The notes below the pieces were generated by a model that saw nothing but the letters and a program-made list of their open reading frames with translations, searched no databases and was not told the origin of the DNA. Position numbers and translations under genes: made by a program. From Candidatus Levybacteria bacterium GW2011_GWA1_37_16 (lineage in GTDB: Bacteria > Patescibacteriota > Microgenomatia > Levybacterales > UBA12049): a stretch of 64,000 nt of DNA. Shown piece after piece: positions 1 to 8,908 of this stretch (the stretch's first letter is position 1; every line of letters begins with the position of its first letter). Where the stretch lies: the NCBI GenBank assembly GCA_943357985.1, contig CALRGR010000002.1, positions 306-64,305 on the forward strand, written 5' to 3'.

Positions 1-1292
1 CTTTTAACTTTTATTGTTGCGCCCGTGTAATTGTAATTGTCTGCATTTGCAGTTGTGGAAGCTTTGTATCCCAAGCTTTCTAGGAATGTGGAGGCTTTTC
101 CTGCAATTCCTTCCGCTCCGCTTCCGTTTTCAACAGTGATTGTCAACTTACTTCTATCAAGATTTGCAGCATTATTTGCAGGAGAATTATTTTTAAGCTC
201 GGTATTAACCTTATCAAGAAGTGTAGCTATTTGTTTTTCCTGATTTGATCCTTGTGGAAATTTATTTTTATTTTCTTCCAATAGCTTTTGGGCCTGGGAA
301 AAATTATCCATTGCCAGGTTTTTATTTAAATCTTTAAGGCTTTCTCCCTCTTCAAATTTCTTCTGCGCCTGCGGATAGAAAGCGTTAAAAGCTGTTTCTG
401 TTTTTCTATCATTTTGTTTTTTTACTCCCAAAATCACGCTTGTAACAAGTACTAAAAGTATTAAAGTTGCAATTGTCAGATAGATTTTTTTGGAGTGATT
501 TAAGCGTTCCGGAATTATTTTTTTAAATACTCCAAATAGGGGAAATATAAAACCGAGAGGATTCATTTTTTTGCTTTCATCCTCTTCGCTCGCTTTTTCA
601 ATATCTTCATCTCTGGATATGGTGTTTATCTCTGTGTCTTCCTCCGATACTGCAACGTGTGCTTCTGCTTCCTCTTTATAAGAAAGAATTATTGCCGCTG
701 CTCCTGCTTCATCTGACTCATGAATTGTAGGAGCTAAATTTTCCGCAATTTCAGATGGCACAATGCTTTCCGTGGATGCTATTAATTGATCTTTTGGGAT
801 TATGGTTGAAAAGCCTTCTGTTGCAAGAATTATTAAATCATCGTTTTGCAAAAATCCTGAGGCCAATACTATTTCTCTTGCATCTTGCGTAGATTCTAGA
901 ATAACTCCAAACTTATCCCCTCTTTTTATAAATACTCTTCCAACGCCCGATATGTAGGAGTAGAGAATGTTATTTGATAGAACCGTCACAATAAAAGAGA
1001 ATTCCAAATCTTCAGGTATTCCTTTGACAGTGGTTTCAATTGCAGCTTTTACGCTTTCAAGATTTTTTTCCTCTAAAGAGAAAAACTCAGTTTCAAGAGC
1101 ATCTAGGATATTTTTGCCTGATGCTTTAAGAGATCCGCCAACTGGCGGATTCTCACTTTCTGGTGAATCCTCAGAAGCCTCTTTTTTAAGAGATAAAACA
1201 GTAAATAATTTCCCTGCACTGTATGCTTGAGACCATGCAGTGTCTGTGGATGTTGCGGCAATTTTGCTAAAAACTACACTACCTTCTGGCAT
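1..1292 (-). CDS. Membrane protein with a C-terminal LytR_C (LytR/CpsA/Psr C-terminal) domain; partial, the 3' end runs off the window start
   Basis: By-eye translation of the minus strand from the ATG at 1292-1290 is open through position 1 (the ORF track omits it because no stop lies in the window). Sequence runs MPEGSVVFSKIAATST...TM helix...LDRSKLTITVENGSGAEGIAGKASTFLESLGYKA, ending in a LytR_C-like motif. Confidence 0.55.
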   Translation of the reverse strand, partial: MPEGSVVFSKIAATSTDTAWSQAYSAGKLFTVLSLKKEASEDSPESENPPVGGSLKASGKNILDALETEFFSLEEKNLESVKAAIETTVKGIPEDLEFSFIVTVLSNNILYSYISGVGRVFIKRGDKFGVILESTQDAREIVLASGFLQNDDLIILATEGFSTIIPKDQLIASTESIVPSEIAENLAPTIHESDEAGAAAIILSYKEEAEAHVAVSEEDTEINTISRDEDIEKASEEDESKKMNPLGFIFPLFGVFKKIIPERLNHSKKIYLTIATLILLVLVTSVILGVKKQNDRKTETAFNAFYPQAQKKFEEGESLKDLNKNLAMDNFSQAQKLLEENKNKFPQGSNQEKQIATLLDKVNTELKNNSPANNAANLDRSKLTITVENGSGAEGIAGKASTFLESLGYKASTTANADNYNYTGATIKVK

Positions 1293-1295
1293 TGT

Positions 1296-1502
1296 TTATA
1301 GTATAACAAGAGCCGCAATAAAAAGCGAAACAGCAAGAATAATATGAACAGTAGCAATAATTTTAAGTAAATTTGAGGCATGATTTAGCATCACTATCCT
1401 ATTCATAACTAGTACCTGATTAAAAATAACGAGTGTAAATATTACATAAAAACCAATAAGAGTGAGAGTTGTTATCTTTACAATAAGGGCTGTTAATTCC
1501 AT
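1296..1502 (-). CDS. Small hydrophobic membrane protein (68 aa), translationally coupled to the upstream gene
   Basis: ORF track; two predicted TM helices; ATGA overlap with the 1502..2143 gene. Confidence 0.35.
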   Translation of the reverse strand: MELTALIVKITTLTLIGFYVIFTLVIFNQVLVMNRIVMLNHASNLLKIIATVHIILAVSLFIAALVIL

Positions 1503-2143
1503 TATTTTTTTCCTCCAATAAGATTTGCAATAATTTTAGTTGCCTCTCTAGGCTTTGGAGCAGATAATGCTTCAAAATTTACTTCACTTCCTGCTGTTTG
1601 AACAAAAACATTCCCATAGTTAAAAATGGAGCTTATGAATCCAACTTGGGTGTAATTTACATCATGAATATGAGTCATTTTAGTTTCTGCAACATTGTGA
1701 ATTACAGTATTTGAATAATCAATGTCCACAATCCTTTGCTCCGTGACAATAAAAATATTGTAAAACCAAGTCATAAAACTCACTAAAGCGTAGGAAAAAA
1801 TAGCAAGATAATAAAAGAGGAAAGATATTGTTATAAGGCCGGTGGGAACAAAGGAAATGTTCAGATTAAGAAGCGGGAAGAGAAAAGGAATAAGAACAGG
1901 AATGAGAGTAAGTAAAATTGTTATAAATATCCAGGAGATGTTGGTAATGAAATGTCTACGCAGAAATAGAAGTATTTTTTCATCTTCCTCCTGGTTTTCA
2001 AAATGAACATCATGTGGATCTGTACAAAAAGAAGAAAATAGATGAGCGTGATGCTTTGTTATTAGCTCAGGCTCTATGTCTTGGCGGGTCATCGGCGCGT
2101 CTTCTTTTTTTGAATGATGAGGCGATACAAATATATCCTCCAT
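1502..2143 (-). CDS. Membrane protein with a bacterial PH (bPH_2, YdbS/YdbT-like) domain
   Basis: Two TM helices followed by the motif ...TEQRIVDIDYS..., typical of bPH_2/DUF304 proteins. Confidence 0.5.
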   Translation of the reverse strand: MEDIFVSPHHSKKEDAPMTRQDIEPELITKHHAHLFSSFCTDPHDVHFENQEEDEKILLFLRRHFITNISWIFITILLTLIPVLIPFLFPLLNLNISFVPTGLITISFLFYYLAIFSYALVSFMTWFYNIFIVTEQRIVDIDYSNTVIHNVAETKMTHIHDVNYTQVGFISSIFNYGNVFVQTAGSEVNFEALSAPKPREATKIIANLIGGKK

Positions 2144-2145
2144 AA

Positions 2146-3873
2146 TCAGTTTAGTTCTATATTATACAACGGACCAACAATTTGTATATTAGCAGGCGCT
2201 CTAAGGTTAAAGTATGTCTTAAAGAAGCTTCCTGAAAATGCTGGATCGGGGGCGTTCCCGCTAATATGAACTGCTGAAACTTTTCCGCTGCCCCAGTCTA
2301 CGTCTACACTAATTCCCGATACGGAATTAAACGGAGTAATTCCTCTATTGCTTAATTCTTGTTTTATTTTTCCGGCATCCCATGTGTCTGTTCCAGCCGG
2401 ATTTGGTTTATCCGTTTGATATAAGTGTTCGTTAATAGATGAATCTACTGAAGCAAGCTTTACAACATTTGCAATATCTGCCATTTCGGTGGCAGTAAGC
2501 CAGGCTGTTCCTCCATAAGAACTTCTTGAGCCCCAGTCGCAATAAAACCAAGGAGAATCTCTGTCATATGCATTGTTTTTTAGATCTGAAAAACTAGAGA
2601 CGTCTCCTGACGTGTCTCGAGCATTCTTAGTCCATGAAGTCCCGTTCCATCCGATATCTCCTGATGAATGAATGTATCCTCCGTGGGTTGAAGAGAACCA
2701 TGCTTTAATAGGGCTTCCTCCTTGAACCATTACTTTTCCCGCTGTATCATTGACTGCTTTCTCCCAATTTCCTCCCTTAGGGTCTGGCTTAAAAACCTGA
2801 CATTGTTCGGTTGTGCAAATAGAGCCAGAACCATTATTTGTATATGCTAAGGCATAACTTCTTGCGGCAATCGCCTGGGCTTTTAACGCTTCCATGCCAT
2901 CCTGATCTCCCCATGAATCTGGAACTTCATAAATACGCTTCACATATTCATCCAAAGAATAACTACTGTATCCCTGTACATTTATTTGCGCATCTCTTAC
3001 TTCTATTGAATCAAAGTTATAATAAGCTCTAAGAATTTCTTCATAACCTTGTTTTGCTTTTGCTCTCCCCCATGCTCCGTACTGATTAAGACCAACTCTG
3101 TTTGGGACTCCATATGTAAATAGTCCAAATCCTCCGCTGAATCCTGCGCTTTTACCGTTTGTTAAGTCGCTTGAGCAACTTCCTCCCGAGCTTGCAAAAA
3201 GAGGAATTCCAAGACTTGAAAGTCTTTGGGCTAAGATTTGCTGCTGGCGTGCAGATAAAGATGCGATTTGGCTTGAAAGGGTACTTTGGTAGGCAAGGGA
3301 ATCGGCGACTACTTTGTCCAATTTTACTTTTACAGCTGCAAGGCCTATTTTTTCTGCTTCCAAATCCTTTTTTTGGACCTGAAGTTCTCTTACTAAAATT
3401 GCAGCATTTGTGATAAGCGCTTTATTTTGGTCTATGCTTACTTGTTGATATGCCCTAATTTTAGTGAAGTCAGATATTGAAGGACTTAGAAGGAGCTCAC
3501 AGAATGGACAATCTCCCTGAGTTGCTATGTACAATTTTCTTATAGCATCATTTAAAACTTCCATTAATTTTACCAATCTTGCCTCCCCGTCTGATATTTG
3601 TTTTTGTTTTATCGGAATATCATTTTCTATTTGGGCTACTCTTGCTCTTATGCCGTCGACTTGTTTTTTAACTCCTGCTGTTGCCGCAACAGACTGATTT
3701 TTTGCCCGGGTTAAATTGCCGATGCAATCGCTTAGTTCGCTTGGATTCATGTCTTTTACGGCGTTTGGATCGGCGCATCTACTGTTTTGGGCAAGTGTGG
3801 GAACAAAAACATTTAAAAAGAGTACAAATGCTAAGAAAATGCTCGTTAAGAAGATTGGTAAAAGCTTTTTCAT
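2146..3873 (-). CDS. Secreted SpoIID/LytB-domain protein with an N-terminal coiled-coil region
   Basis: Signal/TM N-terminus, a long coiled-coil, and the SpoIID/LytB signature ...EALKAQAIAARSYALAYT.... Confidence 0.75.
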   Translation of the reverse strand: MKKLLPIFLTSIFLAFVLFLNVFVPTLAQNSRCADPNAVKDMNPSELSDCIGNLTRAKNQSVAATAGVKKQVDGIRARVAQIENDIPIKQKQISDGEARLVKLMEVLNDAIRKLYIATQGDCPFCELLLSPSISDFTKIRAYQQVSIDQNKALITNAAILVRELQVQKKDLEAEKIGLAAVKVKLDKVVADSLAYQSTLSSQIASLSARQQQILAQRLSSLGIPLFASSGGSCSSDLTNGKSAGFSGGFGLFTYGVPNRVGLNQYGAWGRAKAKQGYEEILRAYYNFDSIEVRDAQINVQGYSSYSLDEYVKRIYEVPDSWGDQDGMEALKAQAIAARSYALAYTNNGSGSICTTEQCQVFKPDPKGGNWEKAVNDTAGKVMVQGGSPIKAWFSSTHGGYIHSSGDIGWNGTSWTKNARDTSGDVSSFSDLKNNAYDRDSPWFYCDWGSRSSYGGTAWLTATEMADIANVVKLASVDSSINEHLYQTDKPNPAGTDTWDAGKIKQELSNRGITPFNSVSGISVDVDWGSGKVSAVHISGNAPDPAFSGSFFKTYFNLRAPANIQIVGPLYNIELN

Positions 3874-3907
3874 GAGGGTTCTATTATAGCAAAACTCATT
3901 ATTTTAC

Positions 3908-3935
3908 TTGACAAGACAAGATAATATGTTATACT
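3908..3935 (+). promoter_or_regulatory. Sigma70-like promoter (TTGACA-16 nt-TATACT) for the LytR_C gene at 3949
   Basis: TTGACA at 3908-3913 and TATACT at 3930-3935, 13 nt upstream of the ATG. Confidence 0.5.
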
Positions 3936-3948
3936 TTTTCCAGAAATC

Positions 3949-4542
3949 ATGGAAGGTTTAACTTTTGAACAAACACCTTCTGCCCCAATAGGATCTCCTA
4001 AAAGAAATGCAAAGAGATTTTTTTACCTTTTAGCCACAATTGTCGTAATTGGACTTTTGCTTTTTGGAGGATTTAAACTTTTTGGAGGAAGCAATAAATC
4101 CGCAACATCAGAAATAACTCCTACTCCAACAGAATTTATAACGGAAACTCCATTTCCAACTGAGTCAACAACACCAACACCAACATCAACGCCAACAGCA
4201 ACAAAGACTCCTACTCCAACAGTTAAGGCAAATCCGGTAGATAGTGCAACCGGACTTGATAGAAGTACATTGGATGTTTCCATTCAAAATGGAAGTGGGG
4301 AAACGGGAGTCGCCAAGACTGCATCGGATTACCTTTCCGGCCTTGGATATAATATTGTGTCAACCGGAAATGCAGCAACGACAAATTTTACAAACATAAC
4401 CATTCAGGTAAAAAGCACTACAAAGAGCGGTTTTCTCACTCTTCTTAAAAACGACCTGTCCGCAAAATATACAGTTGGAACCACTTCTTCGGATCTATCT
4501 GCAAGTTCCTCGACTGATGCATTGGTTGTTATTGGAAAATAG
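3949..4542 (+). CDS. LytR_C-domain protein with an N-terminal TM helix and a Thr/Pro-rich linker
   Basis: TM helix, then the TPTPT-repeat linker TPTPTEFITETPFPTESTTPTPTSTPTATKTPTPT, then LDRSTLDVSIQNGSGETGVAKTASDYLSGLGYNI (LytR_C). Confidence 0.6.
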   Translation: MEGLTFEQTPSAPIGSPKRNAKRFFYLLATIVVIGLLLFGGFKLFGGSNKSATSEITPTPTEFITETPFPTESTTPTPTSTPTATKTPTPTVKANPVDSATGLDRSTLDVSIQNGSGETGVAKTASDYLSGLGYNIVSTGNAATTNFTNITIQVKSTTKSGFLTLLKNDLSAKYTVGTTSSDLSASSSTDALVVIGK

Positions 4543-4556
4543 TGTAATATTAGGTT

Positions 4557-5489
4557 ATGGATTTTGACCTTATTGCCGTTGGTAATGCCACTATCGATCA
4601 GTTTCTAACTCTTCATAACGCTACGGATTATATAAGCCTAGATTCATCAACTCGCGAATTAAAAATAAAAGCAGGAGAAAAAATTCCCGTTGATTCATGC
4701 GAGTTTCTTTTGGGAGGAAATGCTTCAAACGTTTCAGTTGGAATTGCCAGAGCAGGTTTTAAAGCGGCACTTGTGGCTGAAATAGGAACAGATGAATTTT
4801 CGGAAAAAATTACCAATGGTCTTAAAAAAGAAGGAGTGTCGGAGAGTTTAATTAAGAAGAATCCAAATCTTCCCTCATCTTTTAGTGTAATTTTAAATTT
4901 TGCGGGAGAAAGGACCATTTTTTCGGAGCATGTTAAAAAAGAGCATGATTTTTCATTCGATAATGTTTCCACAAAATGGGTTTATTTAACCTCTTTGGGT
5001 GAACAGTGGAGGGATGCGTATAAAAATGTTTTGGAGTATGTCAAAAAAAGCGGATCTAAGCTTGCTTATAATCCGGGGACTCTTCAGATGGAAGCAGGAA
5101 AGGAAGCTCTTGAAGATGTTTTATCTTGCGCAGAGATTGTCTTCTTTAACAAAAGCGAAGCAAAAGATTTAGTTGGAAGCGAAAATATCGAAGAAGCTCT
5201 TGACGAACTTAAAAAACTTGGACCAAAAATTGTTGTTATTACAGATGGTGAGAATGGCTCGTTTCTTTTGTCGGAGGATGGTCAGGTTTTAAAGCACGGA
5301 ATCGTTCAGACTCAAGTTATTGAAAAAACCGGAGCTGGAGATGCTTACTCAAGTGGATTTTTGAGCGCTGTTTTATCAGGGAAAAATTTGGAAAAGGCAA
5401 TGGAATGGGGAACTAAAAATGCGGCATCTGTTATCAGCAAAGTAGGAGCGCAAACAGGTCTACTTACTAAAGAACAATTGACAATATGA
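4557..5489 (+). CDS. PfkB-family carbohydrate kinase (ribokinase-like)
   Basis: GAGDAYSSGF PfkB signature; stop overlaps the rpiB start (ATGA). Confidence 0.8.
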   Translation: MDFDLIAVGNATIDQFLTLHNATDYISLDSSTRELKIKAGEKIPVDSCEFLLGGNASNVSVGIARAGFKAALVAEIGTDEFSEKITNGLKKEGVSESLIKKNPNLPSSFSVILNFAGERTIFSEHVKKEHDFSFDNVSTKWVYLTSLGEQWRDAYKNVLEYVKKSGSKLAYNPGTLQMEAGKEALEDVLSCAEIVFFNKSEAKDLVGSENIEEALDELKKLGPKIVVITDGENGSFLLSEDGQVLKHGIVQTQVIEKTGAGDAYSSGFLSAVLSGKNLEKAMEWGTKNAASVISKVGAQTGLLTKEQLTI

Positions 5490-5938
5490 AGGTTTATTTA
5501 GCATCAGATCATGCAGGGCTCGAACTTAAAGATAAGATAAAGATTTATCTTGAAGGAGCAGAATATGAGGTAGTTGACTGTGGAGCTTTTGATTTTGATA
5601 AGGATGACGACTATCCAGATTTTATAACAGCCGCTGCAGAGAAAGTTTCCAAGGACGAAGGCTCTCTTGGAATTGTTTTGGGAAAATCAGGGGCAGGGGA
5701 GGCAATTGTTGCAAATAAAATAAAAGGCATCCGCGCAGTTTTAGGTTTTAATAGGGAAAATATTTTACTTGCAAGGACTCACAATGATGCAAATGTTTTG
5801 TCTTTGGGGTCTGCTTTTGTAAATGAGGAAGAGGCAAGAGAGTTGGTAAAGTTATTTTTAGAAACACCATTTTCGGGTGACGAAAGACACAAGAGAAGAA
5901 TAGAAAAGATTACCGAGCTAGAGCGAGTGTCATCCTGA
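5486..5938 (+). CDS. rpiB: Ribose-5-phosphate isomerase B (RpiB/LacAB family)
   Basis: MKVYLASDHAGLELK... is a typical RpiB N-terminus; ~150 aa. Confidence 0.85.
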   Translation: MKVYLASDHAGLELKDKIKIYLEGAEYEVVDCGAFDFDKDDDYPDFITAAAEKVSKDEGSLGIVLGKSGAGEAIVANKIKGIRAVLGFNRENILLARTHNDANVLSLGSAFVNEEEARELVKLFLETPFSGDERHKRRIEKITELERVSS

Positions 5939-5995
5939 GCAGAGCGAAGGATCCCATCGGTAACAAGAAGATTCTTCGTTGGCACTCAGAATGAC
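5929..5995. repeat. Imperfect inverted repeat (two inverted copies of the GTCATyCTGAGC..CGAAGrATC unit) that supplies the rpiB stop codon; candidate terminator
   Basis: GTCATCCTGAGCAGAGCGAAGGATC at 5929-5953 and GATTCTTCGTTGGCACTCAGAATGAC at 5970-5995. Confidence 0.6.
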
Positions 5996-6009
5996 ATTAA
6001 GAATTACTT

Positions 6010-6645
6010 ATGGAGATTATTCCCGGAATTTTAGAAAAAGATTGGTCTGAAATTGAAAAAAAGATAGAGCTTGTCCGTCCATTTGCAAATACTATTCATA
6101 TAGATATTATTGACGGCAAATTTGCTCCTAATACTACTTTTTTGGACCCGGCTCCTTTTAAAAAATATACAAGTCCTTCGGCGGGCTCAGGATTATTTTT
6201 TGAACTTCATATGATGGTAGAAGACCCGATTTCGTATCTGGATAAGTGGGCAGAGGCAGGTTTTGGGAGATTTTTAGGTCATATTGAGAAAATGACGGAT
6301 CAAGTAGAATTTGTTGCAAAAGCGCAGCTGCTCGGCGAGGTAGGGTTAGCAATAGACATGAAAACTCAGATAGAAGAAATAAAAGTGCCGTTTGAAGATT
6401 TAGATAGCATGCTTCTTATGTCTGTTAATGCCGGATTTTCAGGGCAAAAGTTTAACCCAGCGGTTATAGAAAAAATAAAAGAAGTCACGGACAAAACATT
6501 TATTCCAATTGAAGTTGACGGCGGAATAAACGATTCAAACATCTTTGATATTAAGCAAGCGGGAGTATTAAGCTGTGTTTCCACAGGTTTTATTTTTGGC
6601 GGAAACCCACAGGATCAATACAAGAAACTCCAAAGTTTATCTTAA
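6010..6645 (+). CDS. rpe: Ribulose-phosphate 3-epimerase
   Basis: IHIDIIDGKFAPN...LHMMVEDP...VDGGIN motifs. Confidence 0.85.
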   Translation: MEIIPGILEKDWSEIEKKIELVRPFANTIHIDIIDGKFAPNTTFLDPAPFKKYTSPSAGSGLFFELHMMVEDPISYLDKWAEAGFGRFLGHIEKMTDQVEFVAKAQLLGEVGLAIDMKTQIEEIKVPFEDLDSMLLMSVNAGFSGQKFNPAVIEKIKEVTDKTFIPIEVDGGINDSNIFDIKQAGVLSCVSTGFIFGGNPQDQYKKLQSLS

Positions 6646-8817
6646 AGCAGTTGTTGTTGGAGAGGGGACAGGAGCCGCGCCGCAACTGACAGTATTTTCT
6701 GTCCCTTTTACAAAATATTCATTTCTTCCAATGCAGTATTTTTGAACAATATTTGCAGGTGTGGCAATCTTCTCATCAGGATTTTTTATGAGAAGCATTG
6801 TCATAATCCTATTCCATATTGGGGTTGCTCCCGTAATTCCGGAAGCTAAGGCCTGACTCATGGGGCTGTTGTCATTATTTCCTACCCACGTGGCAACCAG
6901 ATATGAAGGAGTATACCCAATTGTCCAGTTATCTCTTTTGTTGTCAGATGTTCCGGTTTTAACGGAAACAGTATGGCCGGGAATATTAAGGATTGAATTT
7001 GGCCCAAACGCTTGTGCTCTGGCGCCTCTATCAGCCAGGATATTGGAAAGTATAAAGGCAACTCCCTGGTCAAGTACGTTTTTTGGTTTAAGTTCTTTTT
7101 TTTCAACAATATTTCCTTTTGGATCTGTAATCTCAAGAATTGGATTTACGTCTACTCTTTGTCCTGCATTTGCCAAAACTCCATAAACTTGGGCCATTTC
7201 TGTCATTTTGACTTCAGCTGCCCCGAGTGTTATTGAAAGACCATAATTTTCCGGATTATTCCATGTTGTTATCCCCATTTTTTTGGCTAAATCTATCATA
7301 TTTGCAACGCCTATTTTATCAATAGTCTTTACGGCGGGAATATTAAAAGAATTGGCAAGGGCAATTCTTAAAGAAACTCTCCCATGAAATTGACCATCGT
7401 AATTAACGGGTGAGTATGGAGCACCACCTGGATTAGGAAATGTAATAGGTGAGTCATCAATAATTGTTGCGGCTGTGTAGCCATTTGTAAGTGCAACGCT
7501 GTAAGTTACGGGCTTTATGGAAGAACCAGGCTGCCTTAGTGATGTTGTTAAATTCACAGCTCCTCCGTTTTGATCTGAATAATCTTTACTCCCAACCATA
7601 GCTAATATCTCGCCGGTTTTAGGATTTGTTATAAGAGCCGCACCATTTGAAATATTAAGACTTGAAGCTTTTTGAACTTCATCGGTTACTATATCCTGAG
7701 CTTTTTGCTGTAAGGATAGGTCTAGAGTGGTTGTAACTTTCAGTCCTCCTTTTTCAACCATTTCAAGTCCATATTTGCGTACTAATAGATCTTTTACGTA
7801 CATCACGAAATGAGGAGTTTGTATTGGAATTTGCGGCGTATTGAATTCCAGATTTTGGGAAAGAGCATCTTTTTCCTGATTTTTTGTTATGTATCCCAAT
7901 TCCCTCATTCTCCTTAAGACTTCTTTTTGTCTTTCTTGCCATGAATTGGGATAAAGTCCGTAAGGAGAATAAGTGGAGGGGGCTTTGGGGAGGCCTGCTA
8001 GAAAAGCACTTTGAGCCAGATTTAAATCTTTTACATCTTTTCCAAAATAGGTTTGCGCGCCGGCCTGCGCTCCCCAGGCTGTTCCTCCATATGGAACCTG
8101 ATTAAAATACATTTCTAAAATTTGACTTTTACTATAAATGCGCTCGGCCCAAAGTGCCAAGATTAGTTCCTTAACTTTCCTTTTTATGCTTCTCTCAGGA
8201 GTAAGTAGCGTTGATTTAATTAATTGCTGAGTTATTGTTGATCCGCCTTGAAGATGATTTCCCTGTAAATCTGAAATTGCAGCTCTTGTAATTGCCATTG
8301 CGTCAAATCCCGGATTTTTGTAGAAATTTTTATCTTCAATTGATATTGTTGCGTTTTGAAAATCTTTGGGAATAGAGGAAAGTGGAACAGATGTTCTATT
8401 CTGTGCGGCATAAATCTGGAAAAGAAGTTTCCCTTTTCTGTCAAAGATTTTTGTTGTTTGAGTACTCTGCGTGTTTGAAAGAATAACAGGATTAGGTAAG
8501 TCTTGTACAAAGATTAGTATTAGAAGAGGAGCGAAAATAAAAAGAAAGGCAAAGAAAGTCCCAAAGGTAAAGTATTTTATTTTTATGCCAATTGGAAGAG
8601 GAAAGATTTTGATTTCTTTATATTTTTTCTTTTTTTGAGAAACGTGCCATTTTGACTTTATTTTAAAGCTGTTTTTGACAACTTTTAATAAATAAATTAC
8701 AAAAAGATATACTTTTCTAAATAAATTATTTGTGAATTTTCCCAGAAGAAGTACAAAATCTCCAATGTAGATAAGAGTTTTTAATAGTAAGGCAATAACA
8801 TCAATTAAAAACAGCAT
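6637..8817 (-). CDS. Bifunctional class A penicillin-binding protein (PBP1a-like: GT51 transglycosylase plus transpeptidase)
   Basis: N-terminal TM helix; GT51 motifs (IEDKNFYKNPGFD...GGSTITQQL); transpeptidase with KTGT. An extra Lys-rich ~80-aa stretch at the N-terminus may not be real. Confidence 0.85.
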   Translation of the reverse strand: MLFLIDVIALLLKTLIYIGDFVLLLGKFTNNLFRKVYLFVIYLLKVVKNSFKIKSKWHVSQKKKKYKEIKIFPLPIGIKIKYFTFGTFFAFLFIFAPLLILIFVQDLPNPVILSNTQSTQTTKIFDRKGKLLFQIYAAQNRTSVPLSSIPKDFQNATISIEDKNFYKNPGFDAMAITRAAISDLQGNHLQGGSTITQQLIKSTLLTPERSIKRKVKELILALWAERIYSKSQILEMYFNQVPYGGTAWGAQAGAQTYFGKDVKDLNLAQSAFLAGLPKAPSTYSPYGLYPNSWQERQKEVLRRMRELGYITKNQEKDALSQNLEFNTPQIPIQTPHFVMYVKDLLVRKYGLEMVEKGGLKVTTTLDLSLQQKAQDIVTDEVQKASSLNISNGAALITNPKTGEILAMVGSKDYSDQNGGAVNLTTSLRQPGSSIKPVTYSVALTNGYTAATIIDDSPITFPNPGGAPYSPVNYDGQFHGRVSLRIALANSFNIPAVKTIDKIGVANMIDLAKKMGITTWNNPENYGLSITLGAAEVKMTEMAQVYGVLANAGQRVDVNPILEITDPKGNIVEKKELKPKNVLDQGVAFILSNILADRGARAQAFGPNSILNIPGHTVSVKTGTSDNKRDNWTIGYTPSYLVATWVGNNDNSPMSQALASGITGATPIWNRIMTMLLIKNPDEKIATPANIVQKYCIGRNEYFVKGTENTVSCGAAPVPSPTTTALR

Positions 8818-8908
8818 AAAACGTAGATTGATAATAAAAATAAGGGCAGGGGACCCGCTTCAATCGGGATTAGCCAGATTATACTATATTATGGGTAGGT
8901 AAAAAAGC

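Noticed and set aside
37-1230. Plus-strand ORFs 37..243 and 967..1230, and the many 60-120-aa antisense or nested ORFs inside long genes (for example 2838..3032, 4023..4283, 6860..7186, 13622..14207, 15823..16261, 26282..26530, 41015..41637, 46747..47226)
   Set aside because: They lie entirely within, and antisense or out of frame to, long ORFs with clear homology. Their compositions are low-complexity, and there are no RBS or promoter signals.
4140-4215. Tandem ACNCCAACA-type nucleotide repeats
   Set aside because: They are simply the coding sequence of the Thr/Pro-rich linker of the LytR_C protein. This is low-complexity coding DNA, not a separate repeat element.
5486-5489. Alternative genetic code (UGA recoding), prompted by in-frame stops at 38421, 38559 and 41877
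   Set aside because: TGA clearly terminates several well-conserved genes (for example the pfkB TGA overlapping the rpiB start, and the murD and nrdJ ends). TAA and TAG terminate others. All long conserved ORFs are intact under code 11. The in-frame stops are therefore local events, such as pseudogenes or errors.
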